A stretch of DNA of 64,000 bases from Oxalobacter sp. OttesenSCG-928-P03 (GTDB lineage: Bacteria > Pseudomonadota > Gammaproteobacteria > Burkholderiales > Burkholderiaceae_D): positions 680 through 64,679 of the forward strand of contig JAJDFZ010000001.1 in the NCBI GenBank assembly GCA_030269625.1, in the 5' to 3' direction. Positions 1-11,091 of the stretch are shown piece after piece. Made by a program: the position numbers and the translations under genes. The stretch's first letter is position 1, and each line of letters opens with the position of its first letter. The notes under the pieces were generated by a model. It made no database searches. It was not told where the DNA came from and saw nothing but the letters and a program-made list of their open reading frames with translations.

Positions 1-386
1 TTGGTCCGCCCAGAGCTCCAACTGGAAAGCTCCCCGTTACTGTCAATGATCCAGCCCTGTGCAGTCAGTTCCGAACCCTGGGACGCAAATTGCCCGGGCA
101 GGGTTTTGGTCACTTCCATCATGTCATAGATGAGGGCTTCATATTCCAGCCTTTTTTCAGGGTCTTCCGCCATTTGCCGCAGGATATTCGGCGCAATAGC
201 GATATTGCCGATGCCAGACCCGCCAGGCTGGGTTGACGTGGAAAACGTTGCGTCGGGAAACTGGTTCTTCAGATCGCGCAAAACATCAGACGCCGAACTT
301 TTTCCCCCTTCGCTATTCTGGACTCTCTGGCTGGCATACTGGTATGCCGCTTCAGAAACATTCGTATTGCCGACTTTTACAGGCAT
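1..386 (-). CDS. DUF6033-like protein, runs off the left edge of the window (3' part missing)
   Basis: Not in ORF track; hand translation MPVKVGNTNVSEAAYQYASQ...NIAIAPNILRQMAEDPEKRLEYEALIYD...AQGWIIDSNGELSSWS; RBS GAAAGGAG; motif pattern shared with 60581..61180. Confidence 0.7.
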   Translation of the reverse strand, partial: MPVKVGNTNVSEAAYQYASQRVQNSEGGKSSASDVLRDLKNQFPDATFSTSTQPGGSGIGNIAIAPNILRQMAEDPEKRLEYEALIYDMMEVTKTLPGQFASQGSELTAQGWIIDSNGELSSWSSGRT

Positions 387-418
387 ATTGTTTCTCCTTT
401 CAGTAATCTCCCTCATTT

Positions 419-445
419 TTAACGGCATGCTGCACGGCTTCTTGA
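419..445 (-). promoter_or_regulatory. sigma-28 (FliA)-type promoter
   Basis: TCAAGAAG-N11-GCCGTTAA on minus strand, 32 nt upstream of the ATG at 386; consensus TAAAGTTT-N11-GCCGATAA. Confidence 0.6.
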
Positions 446-526
446 ACGTTTTTTCGGCCATGCTCCCGCAAAAAAAGAAAGAGAGGCCAATGAAAGGCGC
501 TCCCTTCTTCATGCGCAAATGCGCTG

Positions 527-1627
527 TCATGCCCGGCGTCTTCTGGCAAAGGCCGGGTTTTCACAGCCGAATGTGCCTTTTGGCCGGAAACACTGGTTAC
601 ACGAAATACAACGGGCGCGGCTTTCATCGCCGTTTTTCCATCGTTTCACCAGGTCAGGCTCGCTGATCAGCGGACGGGAGAGCGAAATGGCCTCGAGTTT
701 CCCCTTGTTCAGCCATGCATTGATACTTTCAGGGCTGCGATAGCCGCATACACTGAAAACGGGGGCCGGGGTTTTCTCTGCAATGGACAGGGCGGCGGCG
801 GCAAAAGGCGTTTCTTCGCTTGGCTGTTTGATCATCGGCACGGCTGAGGACTCCTTGCTGACAGAAATCCCTCCGCTGATCTCGATCGCATCAATCCCCC
901 GCTTTGCCAGTTCCTGGCAGACCCATTCGCACTCCTGTTGGGTCATGCCGGGCGTTACCATGTCACTGTGGTTGATCTTGATCCAGACGGGATAGTCAGG
1001 TCCGACACGTTCCCGGATCGCGTCATAAGCTTCAAGGACAATCCGGCTGCGACCGGTAATATCACCCCCATAGGCATCATCCCGTTTGTTGAAATGCGGG
1101 CTAAGAAACTGGCTGAGCAGGTAGCCATGCGCGGCATGCAGTTGAACCCCGTCAGCGCCTGCCTCCTTGCACCTGGTAGCGGTTTCCGCAAAAGCAGATA
1201 CAACCTGTGCGATATCGTCCGCTGTCATGGCCTGTGACATGCCGCCGGATGAAATTTCAGTGGCAGACGGGCTCAGTCGCGGCCCCCCGCTTTCGATATG
1301 GCCGGCATGTACGCCGCAATGGCTCATCTGCACGACCAGCCTGCTGCCGTTGGCATGGACCACATTGACAAGTTGTTTCAGATCCGGCACAAACCGGTCG
1401 TCATAGGCCCTGACCATCTTCGAATTGGTGGGTGAATTGGCGTCAATTGCCACCATACCGGTAATGATTGCACCTACCCCACCCTTTGCCAGCGCTTCGT
1501 AGATTTGCGCATACTCAGGATTGAAACTGCCCTTTGCCTCTGATGAAAACTCAAAGGTTGCGCTGCGGACAATGCGATTTTGTACGGGAATACCGCCCAG
1601 ATTGATCGGGTCATGCAGATTTTTCAT
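527..1627 (-). CDS. NADH:flavin oxidoreductase (old yellow enzyme family)
   Basis: NRIVRSAT, GVQLHAAHGYLLSQFLSP, RDDAYGG, SRPLISEP; C-terminal CISCNQC. Confidence 0.92.
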   Translation of the reverse strand: MKNLHDPINLGGIPVQNRIVRSATFEFSSEAKGSFNPEYAQIYEALAKGGVGAIITGMVAIDANSPTNSKMVRAYDDRFVPDLKQLVNVVHANGSRLVVQMSHCGVHAGHIESGGPRLSPSATEISSGGMSQAMTADDIAQVVSAFAETATRCKEAGADGVQLHAAHGYLLSQFLSPHFNKRDDAYGGDITGRSRIVLEAYDAIRERVGPDYPVWIKINHSDMVTPGMTQQECEWVCQELAKRGIDAIEISGGISVSKESSAVPMIKQPSEETPFAAAALSIAEKTPAPVFSVCGYRSPESINAWLNKGKLEAISLSRPLISEPDLVKRWKNGDESRARCISCNQCFRPKGTFGCENPAFARRRRA

Positions 1628-1644
1628 CGGTTCCTCCTGAAGTG

Positions 1645-2070
1645 TCAGAGTGTGTCCAGTTCGTCAAGCAGGGCCATGATTTCCTGGTGTTTTTTACCCA
1701 GTTTTTCACGGATGCCTGCCTGTGCCTTTTGCCAGAGGGGAGTTGCCATGGCAAGTGTTTCTTTTCCTTTCGGGGTGAGGTACAACTGGCGGCGGCGGCT
1801 TTTTTCCGGCGCATCGTCCCGGATATAGCCAGCCTTGATAACGGGAGCCAGCGTGCGAACCAGCGTGCTTTTTTCCAGGCCGACAGCTTCTGCCAGCTGT
1901 CCCGTGCCGCATCCCTCTATCTTGAAGAGCGTTGCCAGAAGCGAAAACTGGTTTACCGTCAGCCCTGTCAGACTCAGCGCCTCACTATAATGATCCGTGA
2001 TCCGGCCTGCTGCGCGGCGCAACCGGATGCAATAGCACGGGCTTGCTTTTCTTTGTTCCGCTGTTTTCAT
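1645..2070 (-). CDS. MarR family transcriptional regulator
   Basis: CYCIRLRRAAG N-terminus, LEKSTLVRTL, RRRQLYLTPKG winged helix. Confidence 0.9.
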   Translation of the reverse strand: MKTAEQRKASPCYCIRLRRAAGRITDHYSEALSLTGLTVNQFSLLATLFKIEGCGTGQLAEAVGLEKSTLVRTLAPVIKAGYIRDDAPEKSRRRQLYLTPKGKETLAMATPLWQKAQAGIREKLGKKHQEIMALLDELDTL

Positions 2071-2087
2071 GCCATACCTGTTTTTAA

Positions 2088-2105
2088 ATAGTGTATATGC
2101 ACTAT
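2088..2105. promoter_or_regulatory. probable MarR operator
   Basis: near-palindrome ATAGTG-TATATG-CACTAT immediately upstream of marR. Confidence 0.55.
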
Positions 2106-2358
2106 ATGGCAGCGATTACCATGCTGTCAATGACTTTTTTTAATGTCATGCGGAGATTGCGCCAGATGGTTTTGCCTGTGGTTTTTCCGGCAAAAAGGGA
2201 ATCCATGAAATTCATGTGGTTTTTGATGAATTGCGCATAACATCATGTTTTTCAATAAAGTATATTTCAGGCCACATGATGTTTTGTCGAAAGAGACACC
2301 AGCCCCAGGATTGACTTGTAGCGGCAAAAAAACACTTCCTGCCGTCATTCCGGAAATG

Positions 2359-2397
2359 AAAAAAGCCGGCAGTTCACATTCTCTGTCTGCCGGCTTT
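2359..2397 (-). terminator. intrinsic terminator after acuI
   Basis: AAAGCCGGCAG...CTGCCGGCTTT stem with A-run on the left (U-tract on minus strand). Confidence 0.65.
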
Positions 2398-2431
2398 GTC
2401 GCGTTCAGGTATTTACGCGGACGGATCTGCG

Positions 2432-3418
2432 TTAACCGCCCAAGTCAACAACCACCCTTCCCCGCAGCTCTCCCTGCATGATTTTTTCGGCATAGGCCGA
2501 CACCTCATCCAGGGTAATCGTCGCCTTGATCTGTTCCAGCTTGTTCTTGTCGAGGTCCCTGGCAAGGCGCTGCCACGCCTCGATCCGTTCCTCGCGGGGA
2601 CACATCACGCTGTCAACGCCAGCCAGTGTGACGCCTCGCAGGATAAACGGCGCAACCGTTGCCGGAAATTCCATGCCGCCTGCAAGACCGCATGCGGCAA
2701 CGATTCCCCGGTATTTCATGGTGGCGCAGACATTGGTCAGTGTATGTCCGCCAACCACGTCAATGGCGGCAGCCCAGCGTTCCCTGCCCAGCGGACGGCC
2801 CGGAGAATCAAACTCCGAGCGCGGCAGCACTTCCTTGGCGCCCAGGTTGCTCAGGTAGAGTCCCTTTTCCGCATCGCGCCCGCTGACGGCCACGACCTCG
2901 TATCCCAGCGAGGAGAGAATGGAAACAGCAATGCTGCCAACGCCGCCGGAAGCGCCCGTTACGACCACTTCGCCCTTTTCCGGCGTCATGCCGAGCTGCT
3001 CCAGCCGCATGATGCAAAGCATGGCGGTATAACCGGCCGTACCGATGGACATGGCCTGAAGCGGGGTGAATTCCTCAGGCAGCGGGATCAGCCACTCCCC
3101 TTTCAGGCGGGTTTTTTCCGCCAGTCCGCCCCAGTGGGTTTCTCCCACACCCCAGCCGTTCAGGATAACCTTGTCCCCTGCCTTGTAAAGCGGGCTTTCG
3201 GAGGTTTCCACGATCCCGACCAGGTCAATGCCCGGCACCATCGGAAAACGGCGCACGACAGGGCCTTTTCCGGTAATGGCCAGCGCATCCTTGTAATTCA
3301 GGGAGGAAAAAATGTTTCTGACTACCACATCCCCTTCGGGTAACTGTTCTTCCGGAATGTCCTTGATCTCTGCACGATAGCCTGAATCATCTTTTTCTAT
3401 GAGTATGCCTCGAAACAT
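2432..3418 (-). CDS. acuI: AcuI/YhdH-type NADPH-dependent MDR oxidoreductase (acryloyl-CoA reductase family)
   Basis: SSLNYKD, PMVPGID, GTAGYTA, GASGGVGS, VAPFILRGVTLAGVDSV. Confidence 0.9.
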   Translation of the reverse strand: MFRGILIEKDDSGYRAEIKDIPEEQLPEGDVVVRNIFSSLNYKDALAITGKGPVVRRFPMVPGIDLVGIVETSESPLYKAGDKVILNGWGVGETHWGGLAEKTRLKGEWLIPLPEEFTPLQAMSIGTAGYTAMLCIMRLEQLGMTPEKGEVVVTGASGGVGSIAVSILSSLGYEVVAVSGRDAEKGLYLSNLGAKEVLPRSEFDSPGRPLGRERWAAAIDVVGGHTLTNVCATMKYRGIVAACGLAGGMEFPATVAPFILRGVTLAGVDSVMCPREERIEAWQRLARDLDKNKLEQIKATITLDEVSAYAEKIMQGELRGRVVVDLGG

Positions 3419-3636
3419 TCATGTCTCCTTTTTGTCAATCGAGTGTTGTTACCGGAAATTAACACAAAATCCCGTTTTTCTTAAATTCACCGGTCAGGAC
3501 TGTGCCGCTTCCGGCGGGCTTTTGGCTGAACTGTCCGGCAGCACCAGGGAGATGAGAGGGTTTTGATGAAAAAAAAGAGGCCTTCGGGATAGCTTTCATC
3601 TATCCCGTTTTGCCCCGTTCAGTTCACCGCAGGTTT

Positions 3637-3966
3637 TCAGGTGGCGATAACAGCCTCCTGCCCGCCGGTCTCATGCTGCACCGGCATGGTGACCTGACCG
3701 TGAATCCGCCTCATGATCTGCTCAATGAGGTTTTTTTCATTGCCCGTAAAGGGCTTTTCCTTTTGAAACACAAAGGAAAGGCTATCGTGCTTCGGCACAA
3801 AAACCCGAACACAATCCGGACTCACCTCGACAACCGGGTGCGATACCCTGATCTCATCGGTAAAGGGTCCGATGAGATCAATGCCGTTGACGAGCGGCCT
3901 GATATAAAGATTAAACACCTGACGGAAAATCGAGATATCCTCTTCCACCATTGTGCATGTATCCAT
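3637..3966 (-). CDS. hypothetical protein, 109 aa
   Basis: strong RBS GAGGAG before ATG; globular composition; occupies its own intergenic space. Confidence 0.65.
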   Translation of the reverse strand: MDTCTMVEEDISIFRQVFNLYIRPLVNGIDLIGPFTDEIRVSHPVVEVSPDCVRVFVPKHDSLSFVFQKEKPFTGNEKNLIEQIMRRIHGQVTMPVQHETGGQEAVIAT

Positions 3967-4204
3967 ACGTTTCTCCTCGTCTTGTCTTTCAGGAAACAGG
4001 CCTGCCGCCTGATCCTGCTGCTTCGGTCTGGCGACAGGAAATGTTTATACTTACAGGTTACTCCTGCGCATACCGTGCAGCAATGACGGGAATAGAAACC
4101 ATGTTCCCAAAAATGAAAGGGTGGACAGGCCGGCAGAAAGCGGATGTTCCGGCAGTAAAGGGGGTGGCGTGTGACGGTCATCCGACCGTGTTGACAGCGC
4201 AGGA

Positions 4205-4981
4205 TCAGTGCATGGTTGTTTCACGCACCTTGCTGACATTGCGTGACGGCGGTTCGCCAAAGAGCCGCTTGTATTCCCGGTTGAACTGCGTCGGGCTTTC
4301 ATAGCCGACAGCCAGGCAGGCGTTGGCAGCATACTCGTTTTCGACCAGCATCAGGCGCTGTGCCTCGTACAGCCGCAGGCGTTTCTGGTACTGCAGCGGG
4401 CTTAATGTCGTGACTTCCTTGAAATGGCGGTGGAAAGTCGATGTGGCCATATTGACCTTTTTTGCCAGCTCGTCCACCTGCAGGGGTTCCCTGTAGTTAT
4501 CCTTGAGCCAGGTGATTGCCTGTGAAATCTGGTTGCTCTGGCTGCCCAGCGTATTCACCTGCCGCAAAAAGCCTCCCTGCGGCCCGATCAGCATGCGGTA
4601 ATGGATTTCACGGATGATCATGGGTGCCAGAACAGGTACCTGTTCCGGCTTGTCCAAAAGTTCCAGGAGGCGCAGGAATGCATCCAGCACATCGGCATCC
4701 ACGGATGCGATGGAAACATTCTTTTCTGTTTCAGGCAGACTTCTTGCCGGAGGGGGAATTTCCGCAGCAAGCTGGGTGGCCAGCTGCTTGTTGACGGCCA
4801 GCGCCATGACAAGAAAAGGCTTTTCCTGCGAGGCATCATAGACATAGTTGGTGCTCGGGAGGTCCAGGCTGTTGACCAGGCTCTGCCCTTCGCCGTAATC
4901 ATAGCTCCTGTTGCCGACAACGGTGCGCTTGCGCCCCTGAAGCAGTACGGAAATGGTCGGACAGCCTGTAAGATGGGGAAT
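4205..4981 (-). pseudogene. AraC family regulator (AraC_N/YqhC type), 5'-truncated
   Basis: Homology continues upstream of the track start (PTISVLLQGRKRTVVG...DLPS...KPFLV) to 4960, then an in-frame TAA at 4982-4984 with no ATG; about 50 N-terminal codons of the paralogue 6825..7742 are missing. Confidence 0.7.
4253..4441. repeat. near-identical direct repeat, copy 1 (3' end of araC paralogues)
   Basis: matches 6873..7061 at offset 2620: 69 nt with one mismatch plus 62 nt identical. Confidence 0.9.
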
Positions 4982-5023
4982 TTACCTGCAGAAAAATTTC
5001 CTCGCGGCGCCTCTCCTGACAGC

Positions 5024-6145
5024 ATGAGAAAACACCTGAAAAAAATAATGCTGGTTTTACTGCTGCTTGCAGCAAGCGCGCTTTTGGGCGCCTGCGCCTT
5101 TTTCAACCAGACCAAATTCGGTAAACACCCGGAGGGAAAGGATCTCGACCTTATCCGGCAGTCGCCCCATTATGTTGACGGGGAATTCAGGAACCTCACT
5201 CCCACCCCGATGTTTACAGATGGCAGCACCGTCTTTTCCGCCCTTCTGAAAAGTCTCTTCACCGTCAAGCAAAACCCGGAACCGAAAAATGCCGTGCCTT
5301 CCATTAAGACCGACCTGCGTGCCCTTGACCGGGAAAAGGACCTGGTTGTCTGGCTGGGACATTCTTCCTACTATGTCCAGATGGGCGGCAGGCGCATCCT
5401 GATCGACCCGGTATTTTCACCCTATGCCAGCCCGTTTTCCTTTATCAACCGGGCTTTCGAGGGAACCAATGTCTATTCGGCAGAGGATATGCCCGATATC
5501 GACTATCTCCTGATCTCGCATGACCACTGGGACCACCTGGATTATCCTACCGTCATGGCGCTGGAGCCGCGCGTTGCCCGGGTTATCTGCGGGCTGGGTG
5601 TCGGCACCCATCTTCGCTACTGGGGCTATCCTGCGGCCAAAGTTACCGAGGCCGACTGGTTTGCCGAACTGGATGTTGAGGATGGACTGCGCATCCATGT
5701 CCTTCCCGCCCGTCATTTTTCGGGACGCGGGCTGGTTCGCAACAAGACGCTCTGGGTCGGGTTTGCCATCGAGACAGCCCGCCGCCGTATTTTCTTCAGC
5801 GGCGATACAGGCTACGGGCCGCATTTTGCCCGGATTGCCGATATGTTTGACGGCTTTGACCTGGTTATCCTTGAAAACGGCCAGTACAATTCGCGCTGGG
5901 CCTATATCCACATGATGCCCGAAGAAGCGGCGCAGGCGGCAGTCGAACTGCGCGCCCGCTCCCTGCTCCCGGCCCACTCAGGCAAATTCTCCATCTCGAA
6001 CCACGCATGGAATGATCCCTTCATCCGCATAGCCGAAGCCAGCAGGGACAAGCCCTACCGTCTTCTGACGCCGGTCATCGGCGACCCTGTTGATTTCGAT
6101 GACGAGGAGCGCCGTTACCCCTACTGGTGGGAAAACATGGAGTAA
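5024..6145 (+). CDS. MBL-fold metallo-hydrolase (RomA/NAPE-PLD-like), predicted lipoprotein
   Basis: WLGHSS, ISHDHWDHLD, PARHFSGRG, SGDTGY; lipobox LGAC; start reassigned from 4601 to 5024. Confidence 0.88.
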   Translation: MRKHLKKIMLVLLLLAASALLGACAFFNQTKFGKHPEGKDLDLIRQSPHYVDGEFRNLTPTPMFTDGSTVFSALLKSLFTVKQNPEPKNAVPSIKTDLRALDREKDLVVWLGHSSYYVQMGGRRILIDPVFSPYASPFSFINRAFEGTNVYSAEDMPDIDYLLISHDHWDHLDYPTVMALEPRVARVICGLGVGTHLRYWGYPAAKVTEADWFAELDVEDGLRIHVLPARHFSGRGLVRNKTLWVGFAIETARRRIFFSGDTGYGPHFARIADMFDGFDLVILENGQYNSRWAYIHMMPEEAAQAAVELRARSLLPAHSGKFSISNHAWNDPFIRIAEASRDKPYRLLTPVIGDPVDFDDEERRYPYWWENME

Positions 6146-6155
6146 CCGGGCCGCA

Positions 6156-6815
6156 TCAGCGCATGACGGCATCCCGGAAAAACCGGTAGAAACCCTCCAG
6201 TTCATCAAAAGCACCCAGCAGGCGTTGCAGCAGCGGGTCAAACTCGAAAAGTTCCCCGACATCTGCACGGTTGTGAGTGAGATAAATATTCTTCCGGTTA
6301 TACCAGCCTGCTATTTCCTTCACCCCGCCCGTATACCGGTTTCGTTTGTAGATTTCCCCTTCCGGGAGGGCGCCGGTTTCCGAAAGGGCTGAAACCAGGT
6401 CAAGGAAAGCCGCTTCGTCCTGGTCGATTTTCAGGCGGTACTGCGCCATTGTCTGCGGCGAGGCGCGAAAAAATCCCATGCCGTAACGATAAAAAGACGG
6501 GTTGATTTCAAGGAAAAAGCCAGGGAATTCCGTCTTGTTTCCACCTCTGCGCATGAACGCCAGCCACATCCTGTCACGGTACAGGCTTTTGTCATGCGAA
6601 AAGCGCGTATCCCGGTGAATCCGGGATATGGTTCCCTCCAGTCCGCCATCCATGTACTGCATGGGCGGGGTCAGCTCTTTGACGAGTTGCTGAAACGGTT
6701 TTAACAGGGAGGCTTCATAAACCGCCCTGTTTGACCGGAACCATTCCCGGCTGTTGTTTCGCGCGTTTTCAGCCAGAAACTGCAGGGATGCAGGAGAAAA
6801 AGCAGCAGGCATCAT
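6156..6815 (-). CDS. DUF2461 family protein
   Basis: FLAENARNNSREWF, RIHRDTRFSHDKSLY. Confidence 0.85.
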   Translation of the reverse strand: MMPAAFSPASLQFLAENARNNSREWFRSNRAVYEASLLKPFQQLVKELTPPMQYMDGGLEGTISRIHRDTRFSHDKSLYRDRMWLAFMRRGGNKTEFPGFFLEINPSFYRYGMGFFRASPQTMAQYRLKIDQDEAAFLDLVSALSETGALPEGEIYKRNRYTGGVKEIAGWYNRKNIYLTHNRADVGELFEFDPLLQRLLGAFDELEGFYRFFRDAVMR

Positions 6816-6824
6816 CGCCCCTCC

Positions 6825-7742
6825 TTACCCGTTCAGCTGCATTCTTGCGCGGGCGATATCACGCAATGGCGATTCGCCAAAGAGCCGCTTGTACTCCCGG
6901 TTGAACTGCGTCGGGCTTTCATAGCCGACAGCCAGGCAGGCTGTTGCCGCGTATTCATTCTCAACCAGCATCAGGCGCTGTGCCTCGTACAGCCGCAGGC
7001 GTTTCTGGTACTGCAGCGGGCTTAACGTCGTCACCTGCTTGAAATGGCGGTGAAAAGTCGAAAGCGACATGTTCGCCATCCGCGCCAGTCCCTCGACTGA
7101 CAGGGGCCGGGTGTAATTTTCCCGCAGCCAGGTAATGGCCCCGGCAATCTGGTTGCTGTGGCTGCCCAGCGTATTGAGCATCCGCAGGCTCGGCCCTGTC
7201 GGGCCGGTCAAAAGCCGGTAATGAATCTCCCGGACAATCATCGGTGAAAGGACGGGAATCTGCTCCGGTGTTTTCGGGAGTTCCGACAGGCGCAAAAAAG
7301 CATCCAGAAGCGCCGCATCCATATCGGCAACCGCCATGCTCTTGCGGGAATCATTCAGTTGTCTCGGGCTGGACGGTATTTCTGACGATAACTGCGTAAT
7401 CAGCTGCCTGTCCAGCTTGAGCGAAATGCCCAGAAAGGGCTCTTCTTCCGAGGCGGATGAAATGTAGCCCATGGAGGGCATGTCGATACCCGCCACCAGG
7501 TAGTTGAGTTTCCTGTAGCGGCACTCCTCCAGCCCCATCACCGCCACCTTGCTGCCCTGGATGATGACACCAACGGCAGGCTCGACAATACTGCACTCAC
7601 TTCGGGCTGTTTCGTGCCGGCGATGAAAAGTGAAGCCTTCAATGCCCGTCGGATAATCCTCGGCATCAGGCAAAAAATACAGGATGTTTTCCTTGATCTG
7701 CTCGTTTTTGGCTGCCAGATCAGCATGAATGTTTTCAGGCAT
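6825..7742 (-). CDS. AraC family regulator (AraC_N/YqhC type), divergent from the ADH-AKR-flavodoxin operon
   Basis: EPAVGVIIQGSK, REIHYRLL, SPLQYQKRLRL, VGYESPTQFNREYKRLFG; start reassigned (ATG 7742 or GTG 7760). Confidence 0.92.
   Translation of the reverse strand: MPENIHADLAAKNEQIKENILYFLPDAEDYPTGIEGFTFHRRHETARSECSIVEPAVGVIIQGSKVAVMGLEECRYRKLNYLVAGIDMPSMGYISSASEEEPFLGISLKLDRQLITQLSSEIPSSPRQLNDSRKSMAVADMDAALLDAFLRLSELPKTPEQIPVLSPMIVREIHYRLLTGPTGPSLRMLNTLGSHSNQIAGAITWLRENYTRPLSVEGLARMANMSLSTFHRHFKQVTTLSPLQYQKRLRLYEAQRLMLVENEYAATACLAVGYESPTQFNREYKRLFGESPLRDIARARMQLNG
6873..7061. repeat. near-identical direct repeat, copy 2
   Basis: matches 4253..4441. Confidence 0.9.
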
Positions 7743-7981
7743 GCGCTTGTCCTTGTTCACATCGATACGGATGCCTTTCTTTTTACCAGAAATAATCCCT
7801 CTCGTGGCAGATATGACATAAACAGGCAAGAATTTGAGGCAATCGTATCTGTTTCCGCGCTTCTCCAGACAATATAGTGACAGACATACCACTGTCGCCA
7901 GGCAAAGCAGACTGTTTTCCGATTATCTTTGCCATGACAGATTTGGAATATCCGAAACCAACCAGACAAAAGAGGTTCAGC

Positions 7982-10064
<2,083 letters not shown>

Positions 10065-10106
10065 CATGATCCGGGCGCATTTCAATAACTGAACAGGAGA
10101 TATGGC

Positions 10107-10667
10107 ATGAAAAAAATGTTCCTTGCACTCTTTCTGGGAGGACTGTCCATCGTACCCATGACATCCGGAGCCGCTGACAGGACACCCAAAAAAGTGCTGA
10201 TCGTCTACTTTTCCCTGACGGGCAATACGGACACCATTGCGCAGGCGTTACAGAAAAAGACGGGCGCTGACCTTTTCAGGATTGAAACAGTCAATCCCTA
10301 TCCGGCGGCATACTCAGGCGTGACAGAAATCGCCAAAAAGGAACTGGAAACGGGCAACCTTCCTGCCCTGAAGGCGCTGCCTTCCAATCTGGACGCTTAC
10401 GACCTCATCCTCGTCGGCAGCCCGGTCTGGTGGTACACCGTTTCCACGCCGGTCATGAGCATGCTCCAACAGGTTGATTTCCAGGGAAAAAAGGTAGCGG
10501 CCTTCTCCACCCATGGTGGCGGGCCGGGCAACTTTTTCTCGGACTTCAAGAAGCAGGCCAAAAACGCCGTTGTTCTTGAGGGATACGAGGTATACAAGCC
10601 CAAAAACAAGAGTGACATCCAGATCAGTGAATCGCTCGATGCCTGGCTTCGAAACGTGATGAAATAG
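10107..10667 (+). CDS. flavodoxin with N-terminal signal peptide
   Basis: [20 protein letters not shown]. Confidence 0.88.
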   Translation: MKKMFLALFLGGLSIVPMTSGAADRTPKKVLIVYFSLTGNTDTIAQALQKKTGADLFRIETVNPYPAAYSGVTEIAKKELETGNLPALKALPSNLDAYDLILVGSPVWWYTVSTPVMSMLQQVDFQGKKVAAFSTHGGGPGNFFSDFKKQAKNAVVLEGYEVYKPKNKSDIQISESLDAWLRNVMK

Positions 10668-10694
10668 CAATTGCCGGAGCCTCTGCCCGCCTGT

Positions 10695-10729
10695 CAGCGA
10701 AAAGCCGGCAGGCGGGCTTTTCGCTGTTT
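10695..10729 (+). terminator. intrinsic terminator
   Basis: CAGCGAAAAGCC...GGCTTTTCGCTG-TTT. Confidence 0.65.
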
Positions 10730-11091
10730 CTGACGCAATCTGTTACGCCCGGCTTTTCCGCATTACCAGATCAGTCATTTCCTTCCAGAACCAGACATTG
10801 ACCCTGTCCGAACCCTGTTTTGCCGCCAGCGGCATGGCACGGGCGACCACCCCTGCCGGGATATCCGGAAAAAGACAAACAAGTTGCCGGGAACGGCAAA
10901 AGGCATGCCACAAGGTTGAGATATCGCATATCCGCCACCGCCAGAATCCCTATACTCGGCCGAAGACCTCGCATGACACCGCTTCCGGATTCCCTTTCAT
11001 TGCGCCCGTTGTCTGGCTGCTCCATTTTTGCCTGGCGACAAAAGGGTTCGTGAAGCGCCACCCAAACTGCTTGCGCATACGGAGAACGGAT

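Noticed and set aside
4601..5023. N-terminal 141 aa of the 514-aa ORF 4601..6145
   Set aside because: Antisense shadow of the araC pseudogene; the real protein starts at the signal peptide (5024)
10730..11091. c-di-GMP riboswitch or sigma-28 promoter upstream of the MCP
   Set aside because: No GEMM-type GGCAAA/GAAA...GCAAAGC core; the best FliA-like match GCCAGAAT-N11-GCCGAAGA (10940-10966) has a poor -35
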